Assembly (NCBI GenBank): GCA_036340075.1
Contig: JAYYZJ010000011.1
Span: 1-49,716, forward strand
Direction of reading: 5' to 3'
Source of the DNA: Thermodesulfobacteriota bacterium
Lineage (GTDB): Bacteria; Desulfobacterota_D; UBA1144
DNA: 49,716 nucleotides
Positions within the stretch are counted from its first letter, which is position 1; the number at the start of each line of letters is the position of its first letter. A program made the translations under genes and the position numbers. The notes beneath the pieces are model-generated. The model searched no databases. It saw nothing but the letters and a program-made list of their open reading frames with translations, and had not been told where the DNA came from. Shown in pieces: positions 19,401-28,402 of the stretch.

Positions 19401-19716
19401 TTTTGATATCCATGAAGTATTAATTCCAAGCTCTAATAGCAAAACAATTCAACAATTAATAGTAGATGAAATAGGCTGGTCGCCTGGAACATGTTTAGAT
19501 ATAATAGGGTATTTTGACTGTAACGCTTTAAAAAGATTTAATGAAGTAAATGCTTCAGCAACTCCAACATCAACTCTCGAAGCTAGAAATTATAAGGCAA
19601 GCGAAGTTTTGAGTAATTGTTCTGAAGAGGGCTTTACAACAAATAGAGTTTTAGATAGATTGTATATAAGAAAAATGAACTGCGGAGCATCAACAATAGA
19701 AGAGGGTATATATTAA
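16432..19716 (+). CDS. Tail tip/baseplate-region protein with Thr/Pro-rich linker and C-terminal repeats
   Basis: 1094 aa, first gene after the TMP, beta-rich. Possible carbohydrate-binding-like insertion around aa 180-300 and a TP-rich linker around aa 710-820. Confidence 0.55.
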   Translation: MAINFENVSSLSVTQKNLKFETDFTFKKIKLIEVTGILLDLNNDEGVKNIFNEATDIIEVYENTRQSGYGTINKGVQEILINGISYGEGYIDSFSVSGDQIRTAEYSASLEVCEQGDLSEIILSQNESQKINLGQSSLVDEDLKYLDLLDENFSFNISEENGVELNHSINCSFSYRESLISNKKNIWTGSSVQPSKLVNLKNKGKGSIKVSANSSASYQISLDQDDYVLKFDYLGQNSLSPGSASVQFGSKQIDLGGQYGNKQIDFTNPSSSNVTITLNANASNDTFFNNFKLYKKSETPIEKSRELANFLLNSSPNYSILESDYQNKYKSQSTFDNFSKTETFDELNLDYQLAKSISHNELQASDEYSLKQQRSIQYGNDGLVSVTESSEIKILKNKTDQNLLDKTNDIQDGSYNRCLQHFADYKDMFEYGCETNTQTKTPIDENSLYNKPINISKNFNFYAGTSNLEISFSNDETYSSNNGEYSNQSTETVENLDGYYKINTSGSIQGNGDTVSEKNQNAKTGYDNVISSIQSKINQTKLEYAPLDDFYISSKNVNTDEFIGAISYAIEFTNKKSFQKYSSGNKDIVKRYEIKVDTSNNVEIINQFYINCIPVAQKMNNMLSSKTIAVQIELEGFQSSTQIELFDAAKEILRQKNLLLGEDSEDENAENVRNSTSNEYVTAENFQFSARDKVLSYTRNIIDLSVCSTPTRTEGYFHFGWDDLFYQTPVAYTPTYQDYVAPTFEYFYDPSATETDEWNYDGILYTPIPQQTPTLTEAPTPTPTVETPTPAVETPTQAETTTPTETLTETNTPTINQFYFYTAYIPDNWNQNIDSLGINGTIVSGKRCVDDGGGQVNISPSWASGSGSDFYVRDCFRGIGDQGTRFESLLFKIPISEPTPTPLVEHCDFYDISIHDFWSGTISGMVNAGSFIGGYRDFGNFEYNDGISASSSLIKFGMNNTSHPNFGVGEQYNSIRYHSCQEVELVDSAVFDIHEVLIPSSNSKTIQQLIVDEIGWSPGTCLDIIGYFDCNALKRFNEVNASATPTSTLEARNYKASEVLSNCSEEGFTTNRVLDRLYIRKMNCGASTIEEGIY
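18769..18830 (+). repeat. 21-bp tandem repeat encoding TPTPTVE/TPTPAVE/TPTQAET
   Basis: ACTCCCACTCCA(A/G)CAGTTGAA twice plus a degenerate third copy. Confidence 0.9.
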
Positions 19717-19717
19717 T

Positions 19718-21391
19718 ATGAGTGTACAAATATTTTATAATGGCGAAGATTTTTTTGGTGATAATGATTTGCCAACTCCTAATGTTTCTAGATCTACTCA
19801 AAGCATAATGTTTGGAGATCATCAAGGGGTAAAAGAAATATTAAATTTACAAGGGCAAATATATATAGATAACCCACCTCAAGATTGTAGTTATTTATCA
19901 GTTTTAAATTCAAAAAGAGATGCTTTGGCAAATTTCTTTTCAAAAGATTTTAAAAGCGTACAGATTAAAGAAAACAATCAATTGATATTTACAAGAGATT
20001 TTTGCAAAGTAATGTCGATAAACTTTGAGGATAGTAGTTATGCTAAGACGCTTCCATATTCAATAGAAATTGAATGTTATGACGAGTCAATTCATAATGA
20101 TTTTTTTGGAATCAAAGATCCAACAAATGAAACCACCATAACTAAAGGTGAAGATGATACGATAGTTATTGATAGAGTTATTTCTGCTAGAGGTGAAAAT
20201 ACTCAAGATTCACTATTAGACGGAGATAATGTCAGTTCTACTTCATCCTCCCTTCAAAATGCAATAGATTTTGTAGATTCAATGTCTGGAGAATCAAATA
20301 TAAAATTACCACAAGAATATGCAAATGTTAAAGTTCATTTAATATCAAAGTCTGAATCTATTGATAGGTTTAAAAATTTTTACTCAATAAACGAAAAATA
20401 TTTGGCTGATAAAAACGAAACAGATAAAGATAATGGAATACTAAGATATACAATAGATAAAAGAAAAAACTTCGGAGGAATCAAAGAGTATTCAATGTCT
20501 GGAGATTTAAGATTTGGTAAAGACTTTGATTTTTCTAAAATAATAGAAAGATTTAAAGCTATAAATTTTAGAAATGAAATAATAAATAAATTAGGTCAAA
20601 ATGAAAACATAGATACTTATCCATCGTTAATAAATATATCAGAAAATAAAAGTAAAAAAAGTATTAGTTTTTCTATTAATTTTGAGAGTAATGATGCTTA
20701 TGACTCATGTGGTGTGGCAAAAAAAATTACTCATTCAATAACTGAAATCGGAAATAAAGTTGATGTTTCAGTAAGTGGAGAAATACAAGCTAGAGGACCA
20801 AAAGAAAAAAGATGGGATTTGGTTAGCGAAAAATTTAAAAATATTAGTTATGATGATCAGAAATACTCGAGCTGGATAAACCAAGAAGCCCAAGAAAATT
20901 TAGATAAGTATTATCCATTAGAATCGTTATCTTTATATAAATTCCCTGAAAGAGAAAGCGTAAGAGAAGATAGGGATAATGGAATATTATTTTTTGAGTA
21001 TAGTTTTACTAATAGAGAAAAAATAGAAGATTTCAAAAATTTCCAATGCAATGTAAATGTAGATTTACCTTCTCCAAGGTATTCTATTGACATGAATTTC
21101 GGGGGAAGTATGGATGGTTATATAGTAACAAGATCGGGATTTAAAAAAGGAGTGGTTTCGGTAAATGCAAGCGGATCATATAATCATTTTACAGGCAACG
21201 AAGAAAATGATCGAACACAAGCTATATCATTATTAAAATCAAAAATACAAGAAAAATTTTTAGAAGTAGAAACGGATATGTTTTCTAATTATGAATATAG
21301 TGTAACTTCAATAACAGATAACTATTCTAAAAATGAAAATATAGCTTCAATTTCAGAAACAAGAGAATACTTTAAACAAATAATACAATGA
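19718..21391 (+). CDS. Tail tip/baseplate-region protein, probable paralogue of the N-terminal part of 16432..19716
   Basis: 557 aa; shares repeated patterns such as SVSGEIQARG vs NTSGSIQGNG and YSFTN vs IEFTN. Confidence 0.5.
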   Translation: MSVQIFYNGEDFFGDNDLPTPNVSRSTQSIMFGDHQGVKEILNLQGQIYIDNPPQDCSYLSVLNSKRDALANFFSKDFKSVQIKENNQLIFTRDFCKVMSINFEDSSYAKTLPYSIEIECYDESIHNDFFGIKDPTNETTITKGEDDTIVIDRVISARGENTQDSLLDGDNVSSTSSSLQNAIDFVDSMSGESNIKLPQEYANVKVHLISKSESIDRFKNFYSINEKYLADKNETDKDNGILRYTIDKRKNFGGIKEYSMSGDLRFGKDFDFSKIIERFKAINFRNEIINKLGQNENIDTYPSLINISENKSKKSISFSINFESNDAYDSCGVAKKITHSITEIGNKVDVSVSGEIQARGPKEKRWDLVSEKFKNISYDDQKYSSWINQEAQENLDKYYPLESLSLYKFPERESVREDRDNGILFFEYSFTNREKIEDFKNFQCNVNVDLPSPRYSIDMNFGGSMDGYIVTRSGFKKGVVSVNASGSYNHFTGNEENDRTQAISLLKSKIQEKFLEVETDMFSNYEYSVTSITDNYSKNENIASISETREYFKQIIQ

Positions 21392-23901
21392 GCTGCGTAA
21401 CAAAACATATCGATGACTTTTGCAATAATTTTTTATCCTTAAATATTAATTTATCAAACGGTTCTGGACCTACATTAGAAGTAGATATTTTAGGAGAGCC
21501 AGATTATACAAAAAATCATAGAGAGATTGTAGAGGGGGTTTTATCTAGACTAAGACAGTCAAATGTTCCTATATATGGAAATTGGATGTTGCTTTCAGCT
21601 TCAACAACAAAGAGTTCATCTGGAGTTATTACTAAAGTTAGGATGATAGATAGCAGTTGGGTTGAAGCGAACTCAACCACAATAGGAGTAAGAATGGAGT
21701 CTGGGGGAGATATTATACTGGGTAGTGAGTATTTTAATGTTAATGGAGTGGGCGTAAATTCGCCAACTAGAAGTGGTTCTTTATTAATGTCAGCTTCAAA
21801 TTTAAAAGCAAATTATTATTATTTAAATTCAGGAAAGTTTTACATATCGCAATCAGGCTCTGTTTTATCAAAACCAAGTAATCTATCACCAAAAGAATTT
21901 TTAAAAACTTATATGCCTGGCCTTCCGAATCCGCATGTAGAGTTTGGTTCTTTTTATTATACTTTTCAAGAATTAATGAGTGTTTGTAGCGCTGATAATA
22001 GTGATGGCATGTATGGTTTATATAATAATTCTGGAACTAAGTATGAAGTTTTATCTTCTATAGGCTCAACTTTTGGAAGAGGATATGTTAATAATTCTAT
22101 GTGGGGTAGTAAATTTATAGATTACACTGTAGATGATGGAAAAGTAGATGTGTTAACTAATGCAGGGATATCACCTCCCTCAGAAGCTGTATCTTCTTCA
22201 TTTGAGATTGACTACTCTTCTGGTCACACCTGGAATGCAACAAAAATAATTAAATCTCCTGGTAGATATAAGAGCGATGATAATACGGCAGCTACTGATG
22301 ATGATTCTAGGATTGTTGAAGATAGCTATCATACAGTAACTCATAGAACTAACTATAATGGATTTGGAGGAATGATAGATACATCACATATATGGGGAAA
22401 AGATAATGGGGATCAAGGATGGTCAAGAAATGATTTTGCATATACAATAATTAGAGAGACAGAACTGTTTAAAGAGTACTGCCTTGCTTATTATATAGCT
22501 GATAACGCAACTAAAGTAGACACTAATGATTTTGATTGGTATAAAAGAGTTTATAATGTTACACCTGGGAATGGTGACGCAGTACAAGAAGATAATTATG
22601 AATGGTATACTGATGTGCAAAATCTTGTTGATAGTCCTAATGCTGCATTAGAGGCAGGAGCAGAATCTTTATCAAGAACAAGAGATTCTTACCGAGCTGT
22701 ATCTCCAAGTGATGATATCCAAGATTATGGAGAAAGTTGCCTATCTTATTTTACAAATTATAATAGATTTCAAATTGCAACTCATTTTGGCAATGAATTT
22801 TTTGGCGGCGGAGCATTAACTACAACAGGTGCTGGACCAGTAAGTAATTTGGGCGATGCCATTAACTCTGTAGGAGTCTATAATTTTGGATCAACTCATT
22901 ACCCAAAAGGTGGAAAAAATTGGATTTGTTTAGATGGAGATATGGAATTTTATACATTTGATACTGGAATAACTTCAGTAAGAGGATTAGAGAATGTAAA
23001 GAATTTTGGAATTAGTAATTTTGGTGGATTTGCAAAAAAAGTGGAGGGCACAACTTGGGTATATGATGATCCAGATGGAATGCAAGGCGCTTTTCTTGTA
23101 GACTTTGGAGAAAACGCAATTCCAAATTTAGATTTATCGGTTGATTTAGATATATATCAAAATTATTTGGATTTTTCTCCATCTATAAGGGATGGATCTG
23201 CTGGAGATGCTGCTTTAGGTGGTGTAGCAGCAGTAAATGTAAAAGGCTTAAGGCGTGAAGTTGAAAGCTTGTTTGATCAATTGGTGGATATAGCAGAACA
23301 GCTGGAAGAAATAAACCCTGATGAATTAGCTGAAATTACATTTCAAGGAGTTAAAAATAATGATCCTAGTAATTTTGGTAGAGTATCTGATGGGTCGCGA
23401 TTTGGGAAAGATGTACGACAAGCAAATTTAAGCGAAGCAGATCAAAAAGCGAATATAAATGAAGTGCCACAAGTATTTCGGAGGGAATCTATGCATAGTT
23501 GTAAACCAGATGTTCCAGGAGATAAAGTTTATAGTACAGCATACGAAATGAATAAAAAACAGTTTGATCATATAGTAGATTATTCCTGGAGTAATTCATG
23601 GAAAGACGCTAGAGGAAATGAGCAGCCCCCAATAAGTTATATGACTGAGTCTGGAGAAATTAACCACATAGCATATTCCGATATATGCGCAAATGGAAAA
23701 GCAGTTCCTTATATAGAGAAAATATCTTTCTCTTTGGTAAATAGTATGTATGACAATTATGATATAAGATATTTAGAATCTCTTTCTATGAGCCAAGTAG
23801 ATGGAAAATTAATTGCAAATTATACATTTTCACAGAAAAGTATGATGCCTGATTATAAAGGATTAGCAGGCACAAAAGTAAAACTACAAAATATGATGTA
23901 A
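21388..23901 (+). CDS. Putative tail hub/central tip protein
   Basis: 837 aa, Gly/Ser/Asn/Asp-rich; product inferred from position only. Confidence 0.4.
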   Translation: MSCVTKHIDDFCNNFLSLNINLSNGSGPTLEVDILGEPDYTKNHREIVEGVLSRLRQSNVPIYGNWMLLSASTTKSSSGVITKVRMIDSSWVEANSTTIGVRMESGGDIILGSEYFNVNGVGVNSPTRSGSLLMSASNLKANYYYLNSGKFYISQSGSVLSKPSNLSPKEFLKTYMPGLPNPHVEFGSFYYTFQELMSVCSADNSDGMYGLYNNSGTKYEVLSSIGSTFGRGYVNNSMWGSKFIDYTVDDGKVDVLTNAGISPPSEAVSSSFEIDYSSGHTWNATKIIKSPGRYKSDDNTAATDDDSRIVEDSYHTVTHRTNYNGFGGMIDTSHIWGKDNGDQGWSRNDFAYTIIRETELFKEYCLAYYIADNATKVDTNDFDWYKRVYNVTPGNGDAVQEDNYEWYTDVQNLVDSPNAALEAGAESLSRTRDSYRAVSPSDDIQDYGESCLSYFTNYNRFQIATHFGNEFFGGGALTTTGAGPVSNLGDAINSVGVYNFGSTHYPKGGKNWICLDGDMEFYTFDTGITSVRGLENVKNFGISNFGGFAKKVEGTTWVYDDPDGMQGAFLVDFGENAIPNLDLSVDLDIYQNYLDFSPSIRDGSAGDAALGGVAAVNVKGLRREVESLFDQLVDIAEQLEEINPDELAEITFQGVKNNDPSNFGRVSDGSRFGKDVRQANLSEADQKANINEVPQVFRRESMHSCKPDVPGDKVYSTAYEMNKKQFDHIVDYSWSNSWKDARGNEQPPISYMTESGEINHIAYSDICANGKAVPYIEKISFSLVNSMYDNYDIRYLESLSMSQVDGKLIANYTFSQKSMMPDYKGLAGTKVKLQNMM

Positions 23902-23902
23902 T

Positions 23903-24208
23903 ATGACAAGAGAAATAAAACCAATACAAGGATATACATTAGTAGCGCCCGAAGACATAGACGCTCACGGAGAAAATACAGCACCAATATTGCTAGAAGG
24001 ATATTCAAATGCAGATGCGGTATCTGGATCTCCAAATGATCAATTAAATGTTAAAGTCACAATAGACACAAGAGCGATAAAAACTATCAACGATTCAGAC
24101 GCTGGAATATTGGATATAACACTAAGAGAGTTAGAATATTGCGATAAAGATGGTAATGAATTTAAGATTGTTGTATTAGCGTCTCAACCAATAGAAAAGG
24201 ACGACTAA
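23903..24208 (+). CDS. Hypothetical tail-associated protein
   Basis: 101-aa acidic ORF coupled to both neighbours. Confidence 0.7.
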   Translation: MTREIKPIQGYTLVAPEDIDAHGENTAPILLEGYSNADAVSGSPNDQLNVKVTIDTRAIKTINDSDAGILDITLRELEYCDKDGNEFKIVVLASQPIEKDD

Positions 24209-24209
24209 A

Positions 24210-25994
24210 ATGGGGCTAGGCAATTCTTGTTGTCTGGGAGGCTCCTCTACAGATATAAAATTCTACCATGGAATGCCTTCTGCAATCGAACATGAATATC
24301 TATCTACTGAATTATTTTCAACGAGACTTCAAAAATTTTCTCTCGATAGAATCGAAGAAATGCCTAGGTTTATATATGATTTAGATGTTGATATAGATAG
24401 TGAAGATAATCATAGAATATACTTAGCCTGCGGATCAGATGGAGTGTTTTCCTGGGACATAACACCACAAAAAGATTCGGAAGGAAAGGTGTTAAATAGA
24501 GGATTTGTAAATTGGTCTTCTGTTAAAAAATATGTAAAAGGCGGAATGGAAGCTGAAGAATTTAGTAGCGCTTTTGATGGAGATTATGGACCTATGAAAA
24601 CAGGGTCAGGATCATCTATTAGATATGGTTTTGATGGTTTTTCTCAAGCTTATTCAGTAAAAGTGTATAATAATAAATATTTATTTATCGCTTCTGGAAC
24701 TGAAGGTTTAAAAGTTGTAGATTTAGAAAGTGGAACAACTAAGCAATTGTTGAATAACCAAGCTACTTTTGATAATGGAGAAGAAGTTAATACGATTTTT
24801 AATAAAATTAAAATATTTGGAGATTTAATTTATATTGGAACTTGTGGTTATGATTATCCTTTACTTGATTATAATTCTCTTGTTGTTGGGGATTGGTATC
24901 AGGTAGAATATGATATAACTCGTAACGGACATGATGCTTTTTTTGATCACAATGATTTTTACGGAGGTAGCCCGTTAAGACCTATAGGGTTACTTATATA
25001 CGATATAAATAAACTATTCAAACAAGCTGAGATTATAGAGTTAGAAGAAGGGGAAGAAGTTGAAGAGATTAATCCTTTTGTATATCATGCTAGTGCTGAA
25101 ATGCATGTAAATGACATACAACCAGCTGCGCAAAGTATATATTTTGCAGTTGGACAGAGAGAGGAAAAGACTGGAAACGAAGCTTTCTTTCAAGAACAAC
25201 AAGAAGGTGGGGCGTATCATATAAACAGAGAGCAAGACGGTAAAGTTTATAAAGTTAGAAAAAACGATGTTACAGGAGGTTATGAGACGGAAATTTATGA
25301 TGAAGGTTTTCCGTTTACAGCTTTAGCTTATAAAGGGGGAGATTTATATGCAACAACGGGAAGTCATAAATATACTTACGGAGTAAGAAAAAATGCGCAG
25401 AATTTTATAGATACTGAAAACGTAATGATGGGGTTTAGATGCTATGATCCAGCATTGGAGAATAGTTGTTTTTTAATTGACGTGCCAACAGGTAATGTTG
25501 CTACAGTAGATGGTTCCTATGGAGCTCAAATAGATGATTATAAAAACCCTACTTCAAGACCAACTAATCAAATAGTATGCGAAAGATATAATCTTCCCTA
25601 TGGAACACCTGAGACGATAGCTAATATAACAACAGGGATACATGTAAATTCTAACTATATATATGTTAGTTTTTTTAATAATGGATTTGCGGTTTTTGAT
25701 AGAGAAAGTGGTTCGCTGGTAAATCACAGAAGGAGTTTTGTTAATCTTAACTGCGGAACGTTTATAACTTCAGATGAAAACAATTCAGAGTTTGATAAAA
25801 ATGATGAATGCACATTATCATGTGGGAAAATATATTCATCTAGAGGTAGAATATTTATAATAGATAGCATTCAATATGTTGCTAGCGGTTCTGGACCTGG
25901 AGTTTATAACCCTAGTGCTAGGTCAGATGATGTATTTAAATATTCTGGATTAATAAAATCTTTTGAACAGTACAGAGGTATAATAGAATTATAA
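24210..25994 (+). CDS. Beta-propeller (LVIVD-like repeat) protein, candidate receptor-binding/tail appendage
   Basis: Repeats IYLACGSDGVFSWDI, LFIASGTEGLKVVDL and IYVSFFNNGFAVFD resemble LVIVD blades. Confidence 0.55.
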   Translation: MGLGNSCCLGGSSTDIKFYHGMPSAIEHEYLSTELFSTRLQKFSLDRIEEMPRFIYDLDVDIDSEDNHRIYLACGSDGVFSWDITPQKDSEGKVLNRGFVNWSSVKKYVKGGMEAEEFSSAFDGDYGPMKTGSGSSIRYGFDGFSQAYSVKVYNNKYLFIASGTEGLKVVDLESGTTKQLLNNQATFDNGEEVNTIFNKIKIFGDLIYIGTCGYDYPLLDYNSLVVGDWYQVEYDITRNGHDAFFDHNDFYGGSPLRPIGLLIYDINKLFKQAEIIELEEGEEVEEINPFVYHASAEMHVNDIQPAAQSIYFAVGQREEKTGNEAFFQEQQEGGAYHINREQDGKVYKVRKNDVTGGYETEIYDEGFPFTALAYKGGDLYATTGSHKYTYGVRKNAQNFIDTENVMMGFRCYDPALENSCFLIDVPTGNVATVDGSYGAQIDDYKNPTSRPTNQIVCERYNLPYGTPETIANITTGIHVNSNYIYVSFFNNGFAVFDRESGSLVNHRRSFVNLNCGTFITSDENNSEFDKNDECTLSCGKIYSSRGRIFIIDSIQYVASGSGPGVYNPSARSDDVFKYSGLIKSFEQYRGIIEL

Positions 25995-26035
25995 TTAAAT
26001 GTAGAAATTTTTTATAAAAAAAATAATATATTAAT

Positions 26036-26272
26036 ATGCAAAAAGAAAAAATTTCACAAGATTTTTTAGATTTATCAGAAAATAGCTCATTTCAGCAAAA
26101 AATAAATGAACTAAATAATGAAGAATTTAAACAATCATTAATCAATTTAAGAAAACAATATTCTGAAGAGATGGCGGCTCCAGGGTGTAGACCCTGCAAG
26201 CAAGCCGCATTAAAAAGAAAATATTTAACAGCACTAGAATCAACAATTAATAAATATGAAAATAACTCCTGA
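26036..26272 (+). CDS. Hypothetical protein with CxxC
   Basis: 78 aa, GCRPCKQ; overlaps the start of the next gene. Confidence 0.65.
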   Translation: MQKEKISQDFLDLSENSSFQQKINELNNEEFKQSLINLRKQYSEEMAAPGCRPCKQAALKRKYLTALESTINKYENNS

Positions 26273-26612
26273 TATAATAGAGTTTTACATTTGGGGGTTT
26301 CTGGCCTCTTTAAATTGGATATTTGTATGGCAAACAACAACCCTAAAAGTTCACTTTTTGGAAGTATGGTTGTTTATAAGAAGAATAAAGAAAAAAGTTT
26401 ATACTCCATCTGACTTTGATGAGTATGTTTATAATAATTGGGGGTTACTGGGGGAACTATTAAATTGCCCTATATGTTTGAGCCATTGGACAGGAGCAGT
26501 ATTTACTGGTTTGTTATGTTATTTTTTTAATGGTTCTTGGTTTTTGTTACCAATAGCATTTTTTACCTATCCAGTTTTAATATACTTTTTATTAAAAAAA
26601 TATATTAACTAA
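26256..26612 (+). CDS. DUF1360-like membrane protein
   Basis: GELLNCPICLSHW motif flanked by hydrophobic helices. Confidence 0.6.
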   Translation: MKITPDIIEFYIWGFLASLNWIFVWQTTTLKVHFLEVWLFIRRIKKKVYTPSDFDEYVYNNWGLLGELLNCPICLSHWTGAVFTGLLCYFFNGSWFLLPIAFFTYPVLIYFLLKKYIN

Positions 26613-27372
26613 ATTGATCTCTGATTAACTTAAGTAATATTCTACATTCTTTCGAGGGAATATCTTTATAGTCATTCCAGGATTGAACTTCAGAGTTAAT
26701 GTAAGTATTTGAATCTTTTAATTCAAGTAAATACTCTTTAAAGCAATCAAAGTTTAAACAGTTAACATATTCCTTGGCAGATTTTTCTAGTGTCGAGTGA
26801 ATAGAAAAAGAAGCGGAAACTGAGCTTTGTTCTTCTTGAGGTTTGTCAGAGGTATCCATTTCATCTAAACCAACAATATGTACATTTAAGAAGTTTCTGA
26901 CAGCTCTAACAAAAGCTCTATTGCAAGCTATTGTCTCTAAAAATTTAACTGCAAAGCTACTACAATTACTAGTCGTGGCGTTAGCCATATCTTCATAAGA
27001 AACTTCTTCTTTTGTTTCGTAGTTTTTTATAAAATTAATAGAACACTTCACCGCAACATGGTTGTTTTCGCATTTAACCATATCGTAGTAAACTGAATTA
27101 AAACCTCTAAGTCTAGCAAGCTCTTTTATTCCTGATAACTTTATAAGTAGTTGGTGATCTTTTAAACCACTAATTGTTTTTGGTAAGGGTTTGTTAAACC
27201 TTTCAAACCAAGCTTTATTCGGAAATAGATGCTCTTCTTTTACCATTGCCCTCCAGTTGATTGACCCATCTTCATTAAAGTCGTATTGAACATTTTTTAA
27301 TAATCCATGTTCATCTCTTTCGAAGCTGGAAGGTCCGAAACTATTATCTACTTTAGTTTTACTTTCTTTCAT
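26605..27372 (-). CDS. Putative single-strand annealing protein (Rad52/Sak-like)
   Basis: LLIKLSGIKELA...FLETIACNRAFVRAVRNFL resembles the A-x-x-RA-x-x-RA-x-R helix of annealases; clustered with ssDNA-binding genes. Confidence 0.45.
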   Translation of the reverse strand: MKESKTKVDNSFGPSSFERDEHGLLKNVQYDFNEDGSINWRAMVKEEHLFPNKAWFERFNKPLPKTISGLKDHQLLIKLSGIKELARLRGFNSVYYDMVKCENNHVAVKCSINFIKNYETKEEVSYEDMANATTSNCSSFAVKFLETIACNRAFVRAVRNFLNVHIVGLDEMDTSDKPQEEQSSVSASFSIHSTLEKSAKEYVNCLNFDCFKEYLLELKDSNTYINSEVQSWNDYKDIPSKECRILLKLIRDQFS

Positions 27373-27380
27373 AGATAACT

Positions 27381-27409
27381 ATGATACTACAATTACCACT
27401 GAATGTCAA
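27381..27409 (-). promoter_or_regulatory. Sigma70-type promoter
   Basis: Minus strand TTGACA-17 nt-TATCAT, ending 8 nt before ATG 27372. Confidence 0.8.
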
Positions 27410-27948
27410 GAGTTTTTTGAGGAATTAATGTTATCAAGTTGTTTTTTAATTCTGAAGTTTATAATTTTATTTATAATAGACCGTATAAATTCTGAAATAA
27501 CCTCTACCTCGCCAGGCTCTAAAGGAATCTTAAAAGTGTCAGATCCGTTTCTTGTTATTGATATCCCAAATGCAGGAATAGTTTGGGTGTTTTCTTCTAT
27601 TTTTTTTGTTTTGTGATTTAAGGAGCTAACCTTTATTTGCTTATCCCAAGGCGAAAATTTTATTGTAGTTTTATTGTCTTCGTAGTTATGAAAAGTATTG
27701 TAATCATATCTATTTTTTAAGCAACTTATAATAGACCCACACTCAAACTCACTAAATTTTATAGAAAGATTTTTTGATGGATCATCTGAATTAGCTGAAA
27801 AGTTGCCAGTTTTAGTGGAATCGTCCCAGCTATGTTGTTTGATAGAATTTACAAAAAGGCATGGTTCACCTGTTTTTTGAATTCCATACCTAAAGCTGAA
27901 TGCACAGCCTGTATTTTTTGAGTTTGGTTTATATATTGATATGCTCAT
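27406..27948 (-). CDS. Whirly/PC4-like ssDNA-binding protein (putative)
   Basis: SIYK...FSEFECGSIIS...FHN...FKIPLEPGEVEVI parallels plant Whirly motifs as I recall them (SIYKG...LSVTEIGSII...FHD...IPVTKAEFAVL). Confidence 0.5.
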   Translation of the reverse strand: MSISIYKPNSKNTGCAFSFRYGIQKTGEPCLFVNSIKQHSWDDSTKTGNFSANSDDPSKNLSIKFSEFECGSIISCLKNRYDYNTFHNYEDNKTTIKFSPWDKQIKVSSLNHKTKKIEENTQTIPAFGISITRNGSDTFKIPLEPGEVEVISEFIRSIINKIINFRIKKQLDNINSSKNS

Positions 27949-27949
27949 T

Positions 27950-28336
27950 TTAATCGTAGGTTATTTTTGCGTTTTTATTTTCAAAAACTCTTTGTTTCAT
28001 TTCGTTTATATGTTTTGCACCTTTTCTCTTTTTAGAGTATTCTGAAAAATATTTTTGTTCAACAGGGTCAATTCCATGAGTTTTTTTTCTTTGTTCAGAT
28101 AGCTCTTTAGAATAATTTTGTAAATCTCCATATGTACCTTTCATGTTTCCAGTTCGCTCGACAAAAGCTTTGCTGTCAAAAGGATCTATGCTTGATTCTG
28201 TGTTAAGTTGAGGGTTAGTCCATTGCCGTTCCCATTCTAAGCCATCTTCATCAAAATATTCATGTTTATCATTCATCGATTGAATGATTTCGATATATTT
28301 TTCTTTTTTTGGGTGTTTAAAAATATAGGTTGGCAT
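27950..28336 (-). CDS. FmdB-like small regulatory protein lacking the zinc cysteines
   Basis: N-terminus MPTYIFKHP...EIIQSM matches the FmdB MPxYxY start, but the CxxC pairs are absent. Confidence 0.5.
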   Translation of the reverse strand: MPTYIFKHPKKEKYIEIIQSMNDKHEYFDEDGLEWERQWTNPQLNTESSIDPFDSKAFVERTGNMKGTYGDLQNYSKELSEQRKKTHGIDPVEQKYFSEYSKKRKGAKHINEMKQRVFENKNAKITYD

Positions 28337-28388
28337 AAACTATTTTACATATAATAATAACATATTGTTGAAAAAAATCAAGTAAAAT

Positions 28389-28393
28389 GTGTA
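28389..28393 (+). promoter_or_regulatory. GTGTA motif, putative late promoter
   Basis: ATGTGTATA, 9 nt before ATG 28403. Confidence 0.45.
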
Positions 28394-28402
28394 TAAAGTT
28401 TT

